Positions 1 through 9,180 of a stretch of DNA of 64,000 nt are shown here, one piece after another; position 1 is the first letter of the stretch; every line of letters starts with the position of its first letter. The stretch lies in sequence record MZ475895.1, one strand, 5' to 3'. Both the position numbers and the translations under genes were made by a program. The notes below the pieces were generated by a model. That model saw only the letters and a list, made by a program, of their open reading frames with translations, ran no database searches and was not told the DNA's origin.

Positions 1-4
1 CGAT

Positions 5-424
5 ATGCGTCAGCCCACAAAAGAGTTTCTTGCCGAGCTTGAGCTAATATGGAAACTCTACGGACCGTTCGATGCCATGTGCTTTGAGCGCTTCCAGTCT
101 CGTGGTCTTGGCGGCAACACCATTGAAGCTATCAGCCTCATGCTCGGTGTCATATCGTTCTTTGCGTTGAAGAAGAAATGCCCTCTTGATTTAATCACTG
201 CTAGTCAGTGGAAAAATGCTTTCAACCGCAGCATGGACCTTAAAGGCTATTATGCGGAATACAATCTGACGTCAAAGAAAAGCCAAAAAGCAATTCATGA
301 ATTTGATGCGAGCCTTATTGGCGTCTATACCTTTTATCGTCATTCAGAAATCAAACCGTTTGCAGGCTTCAATCGTATCATCGATGCGTATGTTCCACGA
401 TTCCTGGAAGCACCTGTTCTTTGA
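5..424 (+). CDS. RuvC-like Holliday junction resolvase (probably N-terminally cut by the window edge)
   Basis: Motifs CFERFQ (acidic strand), TIEAISLMLG, TASQWKNAF and HEFDASLIG follow the RuvC/RNase H pattern (E...G...p..wK...DA); the first catalytic Asp strand is absent, so the true start is likely upstream. Confidence 0.55.
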   Translation: MRQPTKEFLAELELIWKLYGPFDAMCFERFQSRGLGGNTIEAISLMLGVISFFALKKKCPLDLITASQWKNAFNRSMDLKGYYAEYNLTSKKSQKAIHEFDASLIGVYTFYRHSEIKPFAGFNRIIDAYVPRFLEAPVL

Positions 425-433
425 GGAAATGAA

Positions 434-769
434 ATGAACATTGAACTTGAAACCCGTGTAATGAACATGCTGGCAGGCATTAGCCGTCATCTGGTTAAGC
501 TTGGTAAAGGTGATGTGGCTGCCTACCAAGATCGTTTCTTCTACGAGCATTCATTCAGTACGCTGAACAAAGAAGACGACGAGACCGATGTGGTCGCTGT
601 GTTGCGCGAAAAGATTGTGGCAGAACTTGCCGTGCGCGACATTGCACTGACCGAAGATTATCAGCCTGTGCTTACCTACAGACCGATGATTTTGCATCCG
701 ACAAACGAAGGTGAGTTCGTGTCGATCGTGGTTGGTTTCCCACTCGACGCACCAGTGGTCCTGCCATAA
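434..769 (+). CDS. hypothetical protein (111 aa)
   Basis: ORF with GAGGA RBS, tightly packed. Confidence 0.75.
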   Translation: MNIELETRVMNMLAGISRHLVKLGKGDVAAYQDRFFYEHSFSTLNKEDDETDVVAVLREKIVAELAVRDIALTEDYQPVLTYRPMILHPTNEGEFVSIVVGFPLDAPVVLP

Positions 770-772
770 ATT

Positions 773-780
773 CTGTAAAT
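773..780 (+). promoter_or_regulatory. CTGTAAAT motif, candidate phage-sigma promoter element
   Basis: Intergenic, 33 nt before ATG 814; recurring motif. Confidence 0.5.
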
Positions 781-813
781 GATCTTACTTGGTTAACCTG
801 TAGGATATTTGCG

Positions 814-1473
814 ATGGCGAAGTCAGTGAAAGAACGAAAAGCGGTTACGAAGATCGCTAAAACAAAGAAGGGAAAAATTCCTATTCGCATTATCGAGGAC
901 ACGCGCCCAATAATCATTTGCCCCGAGATGGAAGACAAACCTCGTCCGTTTCGTTTTCGCGGTCAGTGCCCGATAACAACCTGCCAGTATTGCACACGCG
1001 AAACTGCAACTGGCTGCATGTCGTTAGATCGTAAAGAGTCTTCCGACCGTTCTATCTCTAACCGCGAGATTGCGTACTATAAGCGTAGCCTCTTTCCTGA
1101 ACTTAAAGAGATGGATCAGAAACAGTTGGACACGACTGTTCGACGGGCACAGACTCGTACCCGTACTGCTATCTGTCTCAATATGTTTATTGCCTCCGTT
1201 GATGATTCTGATTCTGATCGTTCATTTCAGTACGTGAAGGGCAGACACCCGTCAGTGGACAATGTGCATAACTACATGGTTCAAACCTTTACCGACTACA
1301 GACCTTGGATGCTTGCCTATCTTGATGATGAGCAGCGCTTCGAAGAACTGGTCGGTAAGATAGCAAATTCTGAATTTAATTTAGGTACAGCCTTGCGTCT
1401 TACGCCTCGTAAGTATCAGGTGTTCTGCAAAGCTCTAAACGACCTTAAACAATCTGGAGAAACCAATGAGTGA
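814..1473 (+). CDS. hypothetical protein with Cys cluster (CPITTCQYC...GC), possible Zn-binding regulator
   Basis: 219-aa ORF, basic N-terminus, Cys cluster. Confidence 0.7.
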   Translation: MAKSVKERKAVTKIAKTKKGKIPIRIIEDTRPIIICPEMEDKPRPFRFRGQCPITTCQYCTRETATGCMSLDRKESSDRSISNREIAYYKRSLFPELKEMDQKQLDTTVRRAQTRTRTAICLNMFIASVDDSDSDRSFQYVKGRHPSVDNVHNYMVQTFTDYRPWMLAYLDDEQRFEELVGKIANSEFNLGTALRLTPRKYQVFCKALNDLKQSGETNE

Positions 1474-3241
1474 TAACTTCATTACTCTTGAGCAATATCG
1501 CGCGATGATCGAACGCAACATCCTGACCGAACCCGCGATGTTAGTCAAGAACCAGACTCAGCCGCTTGGGCGAATCATCTTCCAAGCGCTGGGCGACAAC
1601 ATGCAGATGAAGGACATCATTGTTCCTGACTCTCGCAACGCGATTGACCTGACGCAGCAAGCGCCGCTGTCTAACCTGCTGGCCAGCTCGCAACTCAAGT
1701 CGCTGATTCAGCTTCGCCGTCTGGTAATCTTGAATCCGGATGATATGCCTGCACCAGAGCAAGGCATTAAGAAGCCTACTCTGTCGCAAGAGCCCGTTGC
1801 TGGCGCTACCTCGATCGATGGTACTACGATTCCAAACGCGACTGTTATCGTTGAGCAAAACGGTAACGTCTGGACTGGTACTTCGAACGGTAGCGGTGCT
1901 TTCACTGTTGACGTGTCCGGACTTGCAGAAGGTCCATTCAGCGTAACAGTTACAGCCGACAACTATGCGCCTTCGCGCTTCACTTACACCGCTGGTCCTC
2001 AGCCGTTGCAGCCGTACCCAGAACCTACTATTCATGCAGTCTTCAAAGAGACTCAGGTGACAGGTACTACTGTGGCTGACGCGAACATCGTCGTCGAATT
2101 CGGCGGCAAGTCGTTCACAGGTCAGGCTACTAACGCCGGGGACTTTACCGTACCAACTGACGCGCTGCCGTTCGATACCATCGTCGTCAAATTTGTCGCC
2201 GAAGGTTATCTGGATGCTCAGCGTAGCGTCAACACTTCATCCGTACCAGGCACTGCTACCATCAGCGATCTCAAGTACCTCGTTACTGAAATCAATGGTA
2301 CTGCAAGCCCTAGCGCTCAAGTCGAAGTGCTGGTGGATGGTCAGTCTAATCAGATCGTTAACGCGAACATCGACGGCCTGTGGACTGCAACCGTGCAGCC
2401 TGTCAAAGGCGATGTGAATATCCGCAGTCTGGAAGTTAGCGGTTACGACGAAGCGACTGCAACTGTCAAGCCGACCACCAACACCATGGGCGCAATCACT
2501 ATCGATAACGCAGACCAGTTCGGTGAGAACGAAACTGTCGTTACCGGTACTGTTGCAGGTCTGGATGAGAACGCGACCGACGTTGCTGTGACTGTTACTG
2601 TTCAGGCTGGCGTGTACGAAGGTACAGTCAATCTGTCTAACGGTACCTTCCGCGTTGAAGGCATCGATGCTAAAGCGGGTGTGGGTTCAAGTGGTGTCGT
2701 TGACATTACTTCGGCCTTCTACGAAGAAGCGTCCGAGTCGTTCACGATTCTGGAAGAGTTCTCTGTGCCGACTGTTACACAGGCACAGGACGGTGATACT
2801 TCAATCAAGGGTCAGACTTCAGGGTCTACCACTGTGAAGATCACTATGGGAAGTGAAACGAAGCAAGCATCTGCAACACCTCAGGGTGATTTTGAAGTTA
2901 CTGGCTTCACCAACGTTGCGCCTGGTGCACTCACTATCGAGCTGTCTAAGTCAGGCTACCTGACCAAAACTTCTCAAGTGACGCTGGTCGTTCAGGCGTA
3001 CGGCATTGCTGATGCAGCACCTAAGGTAGATGATACCACGGTGACTGGTCATGCAACGCAAGGTTCTACCGTTACCATTACTCAGGGTAGCGTAACTGGT
3101 GATGCACAAGCTGATGCGTCTACTGGTGAGTTCTCTGTAACTCTGTCTGGTCCGCTGACGGCAGGTGAGTTGCAATTCAAGGTGAGCCATGCTAACTACG
3201 TGGATTACACCGAAACTCTTACTGTGGCCGCTTCGGCCTAA
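1466..3241 (+). CDS. Ig-like (Big) repeat virion surface protein, 591 aa, about 6 Ig domains
   Basis: Six 70-85 aa T/V/G-rich repeats (T.i.GT...a.V.v..G......a...G.F.v......G.i.v......Y), preceded by an N-terminal module shared with the next gene. Confidence 0.8.
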   Translation: MSDNFITLEQYRAMIERNILTEPAMLVKNQTQPLGRIIFQALGDNMQMKDIIVPDSRNAIDLTQQAPLSNLLASSQLKSLIQLRRLVILNPDDMPAPEQGIKKPTLSQEPVAGATSIDGTTIPNATVIVEQNGNVWTGTSNGSGAFTVDVSGLAEGPFSVTVTADNYAPSRFTYTAGPQPLQPYPEPTIHAVFKETQVTGTTVADANIVVEFGGKSFTGQATNAGDFTVPTDALPFDTIVVKFVAEGYLDAQRSVNTSSVPGTATISDLKYLVTEINGTASPSAQVEVLVDGQSNQIVNANIDGLWTATVQPVKGDVNIRSLEVSGYDEATATVKPTTNTMGAITIDNADQFGENETVVTGTVAGLDENATDVAVTVTVQAGVYEGTVNLSNGTFRVEGIDAKAGVGSSGVVDITSAFYEEASESFTILEEFSVPTVTQAQDGDTSIKGQTSGSTTVKITMGSETKQASATPQGDFEVTGFTNVAPGALTIELSKSGYLTKTSQVTLVVQAYGIADAAPKVDDTTVTGHATQGSTVTITQGSVTGDAQADASTGEFSVTLSGPLTAGELQFKVSHANYVDYTETLTVAASA

Positions 3242-3244
3242 TGC

Positions 3245-3262
3245 AAGGGGCTTCGGCCCCTT
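3245..3262 (+). other. cUUCGg hairpin without U-tract (RNA stabiliser or weak terminator)
   Basis: AAGGGGC-TTCG-GCCCCTT directly after stop 3241. Confidence 0.6.
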
Positions 3263-3288
3263 AACAAAACAATTTCTGGAGAAAGACC

Positions 3289-3963
3289 ATGACAACCAAA
3301 GCCGCATCTTCGAGCAAAGTAAAGCCGATTACCCTGAACGCGTACAACGAACGCTACAAAGACGACTCCGTTGCTTCGCTGTATGTACTGAACCGTACTG
3401 AGCCGCGCGGTAACGTAGCATTCTCTGCTGTCAACGATCTGGGCCAGCCTATTGCCGTAGTAGTTCCAGCTACTTTCATTCCAATCGACCTGACCACTCA
3501 GGCGACTAAAGAAAGCCTGATGAAATCTACTCACTTCCGTCGTGCATTGAATCAGCGCCAGCTGGTCATTCTTGACAACGAAAGTGCAGAGAACTTCCTG
3601 CGCTCCAACCCTTTGGCTAAAACCGAAATGCGCAACCTGAGCCGCATCGACGGTCTGATTGCAAGCGATCTGAAAGAGATCGAAGGCTCTGATGATCTGG
3701 AAGAAATCGATCTGGGCGGTGGCGGCGGTCGTAAGAAGATTCGCCACTTCGAAGGCGATAACATCTCGTCTAACCAGTTCGTTAACGCATTCATCTCTCG
3801 CGCCGCAGAAGACAGTCAAGAGTCTGATGAGAACCTTGAGCGTGAATTCCTGAACAAAGGTCTGAGCCTGCCTGTTGAAGAACTGGAGCTGCTGCGCAAG
3901 CACATCACCCGTCCTGCAATCGTTGAGCTGATCGTTCAGGCGCTGGACGAAGCCGAAGCGTAA
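3289..3963 (+). CDS. hypothetical (possibly virion) protein, paralogous to the N-terminus of the Ig protein
   Basis: 224 aa, GGAGA RBS, alignable 70-aa module plus acidic C-terminal half. Confidence 0.8.
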   Translation: MTTKAASSSKVKPITLNAYNERYKDDSVASLYVLNRTEPRGNVAFSAVNDLGQPIAVVVPATFIPIDLTTQATKESLMKSTHFRRALNQRQLVILDNESAENFLRSNPLAKTEMRNLSRIDGLIASDLKEIEGSDDLEEIDLGGGGGRKKIRHFEGDNISSNQFVNAFISRAAEDSQESDENLEREFLNKGLSLPVEELELLRKHITRPAIVELIVQALDEAEA

Positions 3964-3986
3964 TCGTTCAAAAAAAGCATTTAGAC

Positions 3987-4026
3987 AAAAAAAAATGGGA
4001 GGCCCCGAAAGGAGTCTCCCATTTTT
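3987..4026. terminator. bidirectional intrinsic terminator
   Basis: A-run + ATGGGAG...GAAA...CTCCCAT + T-run between convergent genes. Confidence 0.85.
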
Positions 4027-4130
4027 GTTACAGCAACTTATTTTTCTGCTCTGCTCTAATAGCACGTTCTATGCGCGTATTGCCTAGATAACGAAAGTAA
4101 CTAAGTCTGATAGAAGTCTGGTGCTCACGT

Positions 4131-5237
4131 TCACGTAGGTCGGCGAGCGTGTGACTTTTGAACCTTCTTCTTGGCTTTAGCGCCATCTTTCTTTTCCTCT
4201 TTTATCGGACGTGCCCAGCCCAACTCTTTAGCAGGAACAAAACAGTTCTTGCCGTGAATCTCTCTGAGAAGTTCTTTGACTTCCTTGATGATCTGCATAC
4301 TCGCATTATCAGGGTCGAGCTTAATCAGCTTGCCGTCTTCATCGAACTCACGAGGTAATTTGAAATGCTTAACTTGCAGTGGTGAGTTACGATCAAACTC
4401 CGCTTTGATTTTGTTGCGGAGCATCTTACCTGCTGCATCGTTATCTGTCATCGTGTAGACAACGCTGATGCCTAACATCTCAATCGTTCTGCGTTTCGTT
4501 TCACCGAACTGCTCTGCACCCAGCACAGCGACTGCTGGAATGCCATACGACAATAGCGCAAGAGCATCACGCGGACCTTCAACGATCACAATGTACTTGA
4601 GTTTGTATTTCTTCAAACACTCTTTCGCTAACTGCAAGGGGAACAGGCCTTTATCCTTTGCCCAATCACCTTGCGAGTTTACATAGCTGGTGCCGTTCAT
4701 CTGCTTTCTCAGATACGCAGCGATACCACCTATGTACTTTGTTCCATGCTTACACGGAAAGAAACAAATGCTTGTGCCTGTGCGCTGTGCATTCAACAAA
4801 CCACCAGCAGCACGAACAAGCGCTCCAGGATATCCGCGCCATTCTTCATCGAGTGGCCAATCAAGATAGCTGTTACGACCGAGCGCTTTCATCAACAGAC
4901 CAACTGACGGGTAAGTACCAATCTTCTGACCTATCTGCTCATACGTTCTGAGCAACGCACTTAACGAGTTCGTGCCAGCATCTTTAATCGCCCAGCCTTT
5001 GATCTCTTGGAGCTTCGCGTGCTGTGCTAACTTGTTCCAGCCGCCTTTCTCTCCGCAACCAAAACAGTGGAAGAAACCTAGAGGTATCTCCATGCCCACA
5101 GAAGTGTAAATACCACAACTAGGAGTCTTATCACTGTGGAAGGGACAACACACCATGATAGTGTCGCCGTTATATTTCTTATCGCCGGGTATCTTGCCTA
5201 TTTCATCAAGAATTATCTGATGGACATCTTCTGCCAT
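4131..5237 (-). CDS. dnaG: DNA primase (DnaG-type, CHC2 zinc finger + TOPRIM)
   Basis: CCPFHSDKTPSC...FHCFGC zinc finger; IVEGPRDAL and MTDNDAAG TOPRIM motifs; start moved to ATG 5237 with GAGGA RBS. Confidence 0.92.
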   Translation of the reverse strand: MAEDVHQIILDEIGKIPGDKKYNGDTIMVCCPFHSDKTPSCGIYTSVGMEIPLGFFHCFGCGEKGGWNKLAQHAKLQEIKGWAIKDAGTNSLSALLRTYEQIGQKIGTYPSVGLLMKALGRNSYLDWPLDEEWRGYPGALVRAAGGLLNAQRTGTSICFFPCKHGTKYIGGIAAYLRKQMNGTSYVNSQGDWAKDKGLFPLQLAKECLKKYKLKYIVIVEGPRDALALLSYGIPAVAVLGAEQFGETKRRTIEMLGISVVYTMTDNDAAGKMLRNKIKAEFDRNSPLQVKHFKLPREFDEDGKLIKLDPDNASMQIIKEVKELLREIHGKNCFVPAKELGWARPIKEEKKDGAKAKKKVQKSHARRPT

Positions 5238-5277
5238 ACCATCCTCTACTTGCTTCGTAATTTGAGCATATACGCAC

Positions 5278-5285
5278 ATTTACAG
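5278..5285 (-). promoter_or_regulatory. CTGTAAAT motif upstream of primase
   Basis: Reads CTGTAAAT on the minus strand, 40 nt before primase ATG. Confidence 0.5.
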
Positions 5286-5299
5286 TTTCTGGAGCTATC

Positions 5300-5635
5300 A
5301 TGAGCAATCAGCATCGCTACGTTGCATCTGCGCAGCGCCGCTTCTATTCGAAGAACTGGTTGGAGTTTTGTGATCTTATTCGAGTAGAGCCGCAGAAGAT
5401 TGGCGCTTTCAACAAACAGGGTGATTTGATTGGTCTCCAGTTGCCTGTTGATTTTGACTACACGACTGCAACAAAAAGCCTGCGCCTGATGTACGCTGTC
5501 AAGGAAGAAGGTGTCGATATGCGCTGCTACCTGTTTGGTGCTCGCTACTACAAGTTCGTTTTCTTTGAAAAAACAATTGCCGTAAGCGAGGAAGAATATG
5601 AGATCGTTAGCCAACGTTCCAGCGCGAGTCAATGA
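5300..5635 (+). CDS. hypothetical protein (111 aa)
   Basis: GGAG RBS, divergent from primase. Confidence 0.75.
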   Translation: MSNQHRYVASAQRRFYSKNWLEFCDLIRVEPQKIGAFNKQGDLIGLQLPVDFDYTTATKSLRLMYAVKEEGVDMRCYLFGARYYKFVFFEKTIAVSEEEYEIVSQRSSASQ

Positions 5636-6683
5636 CACACGGAAGCTGTCACGCATCGGTAAGATGATCGACGCCGCACTTGACGTTAAGATTCAAGAGA
5701 AGCGTTGGCCAAAGAAGCGTGTTAGTCCGTCAATGTTCCCTATCTGTCCGATTCAGGAAACTGCCAAGCTCATCTATCAGAAACATAACAACGCAATGAC
5801 GGGTGAGTCTGGTACGCTGCTGAACATCTTTGCGAAAGCGGGTACGGGGATGCACGAAGCGATTCAGAATGCTCTGGGTCATAGTGGTCAGATGGTAGGC
5901 CACTGGAAGTGCACCAACGAAAAGTGTGAGGAGTACCCGAAGACTAAAGGCAAGATGGTCGATGGTAAATACAAGAAGGGCAAGTACACGCGCACTAAAA
6001 GCACGAACAACCGCTGCCCTTGTTGTGACCAGCCGATGGCCTATGCTGAACTCAAGGTGCTGTACAAAACTCTCAAGGGATATGTCGATGGACTTGTCGA
6101 TAACCTTGATGGCACGTACAGCCTGATCGATTTGAAGTCAACGATGATCACGAAAGCAGAGGACGGTACGTTCTTTGTCAAGTACCATCGCTTCCAGATT
6201 GCAACCTATGCCTATCTGCTCAAGAAGCGCTATGGATATAACATCGTTGACTACACTCTGGTATATGTTCCACGCGACAACCCTAAGAAGTTTGTCGAGA
6301 AGACCTTTGTGTTTGACGAAGAAGAAGCAAAACGCGCCAAAGACTTTATGATGGTGCAGATACGCGCTTGGGATGCTGCGGTAAAATCGGCTGCTACTGG
6401 TGACCTGATGCCTGCTATCAAACGCAAGCCATGCAAGAGCGCCGAGTATTATTGGGATGAGTTTCACGGCTACGACACTTGTCCGTTTGTAGATCATTGC
6501 TTTATTCAATCACACATGATCGACTTCATGAAGAAGTTAGAACAACGAATCATGGCTAACCCCGAACTGACGTACACGGAAATCATTACGACAGGTCGGA
6601 AAACTCAACAACAAGGATTGCTGCCGGACAAGAAACCGAAGTCAGGTCGTCCGAAGCATATCGTAAAAACATTTGAGCTATGA
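5598..6683 (+). CDS. Cas4/RecB-like PD-(D/E)XK exonuclease with Zn-ribbon insertion
   Basis: SPSMFPICP...GTGMHEAIQ; GYVDGLV...LIDLKS; FQIATYAYLL; C-terminal C..(x)..CPFVDHC cluster; insert CTNEKC...CPCC. Confidence 0.8.
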   Translation: MRSLANVPARVNDTRKLSRIGKMIDAALDVKIQEKRWPKKRVSPSMFPICPIQETAKLIYQKHNNAMTGESGTLLNIFAKAGTGMHEAIQNALGHSGQMVGHWKCTNEKCEEYPKTKGKMVDGKYKKGKYTRTKSTNNRCPCCDQPMAYAELKVLYKTLKGYVDGLVDNLDGTYSLIDLKSTMITKAEDGTFFVKYHRFQIATYAYLLKKRYGYNIVDYTLVYVPRDNPKKFVEKTFVFDEEEAKRAKDFMMVQIRAWDAAVKSAATGDLMPAIKRKPCKSAEYYWDEFHGYDTCPFVDHCFIQSHMIDFMKKLEQRIMANPELTYTEIITTGRKTQQQGLLPDKKPKSGRPKHIVKTFEL

Positions 6684-7090
6684 GCATCGAAAGAGACTAT
6701 GAACGTTCTGCGCGAAGACTTAAGGAGTCTGTCCGACGCATGGAACAACTCGGTTATGTTGTTCCCCATTGCGTTGTTTTAGTTCTGGCCAAGCTGCGGC
6801 CACCCAAAGAGGTGGTGTCGAGAAAGTACCTCGTTATTCTGATGTTGTTCAGTCAGACGTGTGAGACGCTGGGTGCTACCTTGACTATGCGTGAGCAGCT
6901 TGTGGTCAAACTGACTATCTTAGGCCGTAAGCATCCAACGCCAGAGATTGTGCGTAAGCAACAGCGCATTGATCAACTGGTAATATCGCAAGACAAGATC
7001 ATTGAGAGTAACCTCGACCTGCTTGCGTATCGTTCGGAGATACTGCTGGCAATTCTCAGGGGCGAAGATCCAAAATCACGATACATTTGA
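6680..7090 (+). CDS. hypothetical protein (136 aa)
   Basis: ATGA overlap with upstream stop. Confidence 0.7.
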   Translation: MSIERDYERSARRLKESVRRMEQLGYVVPHCVVLVLAKLRPPKEVVSRKYLVILMLFSQTCETLGATLTMREQLVVKLTILGRKHPTPEIVRKQQRIDQLVISQDKIIESNLDLLAYRSEILLAILRGEDPKSRYI

Positions 7091-7098
7091 GGTAATAT

Positions 7099-7563
7099 AT
7101 GACCATCGTTTATATCAGCCTGAGTCAAACGTCTTCGGATAAGAACCGAGACCGTGTCTCAAGCCCTGAGTCGAACACTGGACGTGTTGACGTGTCTGAA
7201 TACGCTTCTCTTGAGAAGAAATTGCGCCTCACAGAAGAAGCCAAGGACAAAGAGAAACTTGCACAGAAAGCTGGTGGCGGGGATTCTGTAAAGAATAAGA
7301 AAGCCAAGCCTAAAGCAGATGATGCAGGAGGAGATGATGATGCCAAGGATGATGACGCAAGTTTCGACGACTTCGATACTGGAGATGACGACGATGATGC
7401 AGATTCCGACGCTTCGAACGGAAAGAAATCTAACAAAGCCAAGGGCGGCAAAGACAAGTCAGAAGAAACTGACGGCGGAGAACCCTCAAGTGAAGATGGG
7501 GATGATTCTGCTGAAGGAGATGATGACGGCTCCGACGACGACTTTGAAGACGAAGACGCCTGA
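7099..7563 (+). CDS. low-complexity D/K-rich protein (154 aa)
   Basis: GAGG RBS; long Asp-rich tracts interleaved with Lys blocks. Confidence 0.7.
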   Translation: MTIVYISLSQTSSDKNRDRVSSPESNTGRVDVSEYASLEKKLRLTEEAKDKEKLAQKAGGGDSVKNKKAKPKADDAGGDDDAKDDDASFDDFDTGDDDDDADSDASNGKKSNKAKGGKDKSEETDGGEPSSEDGDDSAEGDDDGSDDDFEDEDA

Positions 7564-7579
7564 GGAAGCATACGAAGAA

Positions 7580-8038
7580 ATGCGTGATATACTGATCGCT
7601 ATTCAGTATATGTGTGTCAAGCGTATGGTCTTCCCGATTGTCACTGCCCGCATTGAGCAGAAGAATGGTTTCTTGGTAATGCACGCCATGCGTTTCAATG
7701 TCAGTCCCAAGAAATTCTTCGAAGCTATTAACGAGCGCAACGGTCAGATCAATTGTGTCTGGCTGCTGCGTGCATTTACTCGTACTGCAATCAGTTATGG
7801 CCTCAAGCCTGTGATCGTCGAGAAGCTGAATGAGTACCAAGCGTTCAGCTCTCGTTTCTTTGATCACTCGGATGTAGACCTGACTTATCGTCGTCAGTAC
7901 GATTACCGTGAACTGGCAATTCTGGCAGAGCATCCCAAACCTCGAATTTATACGCTGAATGGAGTTGATTACGATGGCGTACAAATCCCAAGCAAAGAAA
8001 CCCAAGAAGTCGAAAGCCGCGAAAGAAGCGGAAGTTAG
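7580..8038 (+). CDS. hypothetical protein (152 aa)
   Basis: Start reassigned from 7319 to ATG 7580 (upstream part is an off-frame reading of GAT/GAC repeats). Confidence 0.65.
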   Translation: MRDILIAIQYMCVKRMVFPIVTARIEQKNGFLVMHAMRFNVSPKKFFEAINERNGQINCVWLLRAFTRTAISYGLKPVIVEKLNEYQAFSSRFFDHSDVDLTYRRQYDYRELAILAEHPKPRIYTLNGVDYDGVQIPSKETQEVESRERSGS

Positions 8039-8630
8039 ACAGAAAGCGCACAAGCAAGCGCGTTCGGGTAAGCTCGGTAAAGCAGTAAAAACAATGAGTG
8101 CGGCGTCTGCAAAGAGTCGTCGTATGACCAAAGGCGAGAAGCGTGCTGTAATGCTTACGCCGTTCAAAGCACAGGTTGTTCCCCAGCCACCTAAAACTCC
8201 TCTGATGGATAAAGGTCTGTCGCTGAATGCTCTCATCAAGTCAACTCCACGACTGATGAAAGAGAATGCGATGGAGTGTTATGTGAACTCAGTCAAGCGT
8301 GGCAAGACACCGAAAGGTTTGCCTTTCATTCAAGCCAACGTTAGACACAAAGACCCACTGCGTCCTAACAAGACCGTGCGCATTCACAAGCCGATGATTG
8401 TTGGCCTTGACGATCCCTACAAGCCGATTTCAAAGCAGAAGCGCGTGCTGGTCAGTTGTCCGTGTGAGAACTTTGTGTTCATGTGGGAATACGCTGATGC
8501 CGAACACGGCGCTGCGCGTATCATCTACGGTAACGGCGAACCGCCTGACTTCACTAACCCCGGTCGTGCTCCAGGTCTGTGCAAACACCTGATGGCTTTA
8601 GCTGATCAAGTAAAACTGCACGGAGACTAA
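7974..8630 (+). CDS. SWIM zinc-finger protein with basic N-terminus
   Basis: VSCPCENF...GLCKHLMAL (CxC...CKH); GGAG RBS before ATG 7974. Confidence 0.75.
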   Translation: MAYKSQAKKPKKSKAAKEAEVRQKAHKQARSGKLGKAVKTMSAASAKSRRMTKGEKRAVMLTPFKAQVVPQPPKTPLMDKGLSLNALIKSTPRLMKENAMECYVNSVKRGKTPKGLPFIQANVRHKDPLRPNKTVRIHKPMIVGLDDPYKPISKQKRVLVSCPCENFVFMWEYADAEHGAARIIYGNGEPPDFTNPGRAPGLCKHLMALADQVKLHGD

Positions 8631-8632
8631 GT

Positions 8633-9166
8633 TTGGATATTTTCACCTCTGATACCCACTACGCATCACAGCGAACTCTGGAGTTTAGTCGTCGTCCATT
8701 TGCGAACGTATCTGAAATGGATAGAACAATGCTGGACCGTTGCAATGCTGTAGCAACGCGTGAAGACACGCTATATCATGTTGGCGACTTCGGTGCTTAC
8801 GAAATGGTGAAGTACATCAATGCGCCTGTCATTCTGATTTGCGGTAACTACGAAATCAATGACATGCACAAGCAGTTCAACTCGGACTTTGATGCGTTTC
8901 GTGATCACCTACGTCGTCTGGGATTCAAAGACGTTATCCGTGATAGTCTGGAAGTTGGGGATATGCACCTCAATCATTATCCTACTAAACGTAGCCGAAC
9001 GAAGTTCAGCCTGTTCGGTCACATTCACGGTTTGCAGATGGTCAAACGCGGAGCACTAAATGTCGGCGTTGACTGTCACCACTATGCGCCAGTAGATGCT
9101 GGTCGCCTTGCGTTCTTCCGTAACGCTATCGAAACGCATTACGACGAAGACGTGTTCGGACCTTAA
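8633..9166 (+). CDS. calcineurin-like metallophosphoesterase
   Basis: FTSDTH, YHVGDF, ICGNYE, HYP, FGHIH and NVGVD motifs. Confidence 0.88.
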   Translation: MDIFTSDTHYASQRTLEFSRRPFANVSEMDRTMLDRCNAVATREDTLYHVGDFGAYEMVKYINAPVILICGNYEINDMHKQFNSDFDAFRDHLRRLGFKDVIRDSLEVGDMHLNHYPTKRSRTKFSLFGHIHGLQMVKRGALNVGVDCHHYAPVDAGRLAFFRNAIETHYDEDVFGP

Positions 9167-9180
9167 CGGAGAGTAATACC

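Noticed and set aside
3238-4065. 275-aa minus-strand ORF downstream of primase
   Set aside because: Fully overlaps 3289-3963 and the terminator; shadow ORF.
5598-6683. CRISPR-Cas locus suggested by the Cas4-like gene
   Set aside because: No repeat-spacer array, cas1 or cas2 anywhere in the window; solo Cas4-like nucleases are common in phages.
7319-7579. Met-rich N-terminal extension (MMQEEMMMPRMM...) or programmed frameshift joining 7099 and 7580
   Set aside because: It is the off-frame reading of GAT/GAC Asp repeats; there is no slippery site, and ATG 7580 has its own purine-rich RBS.
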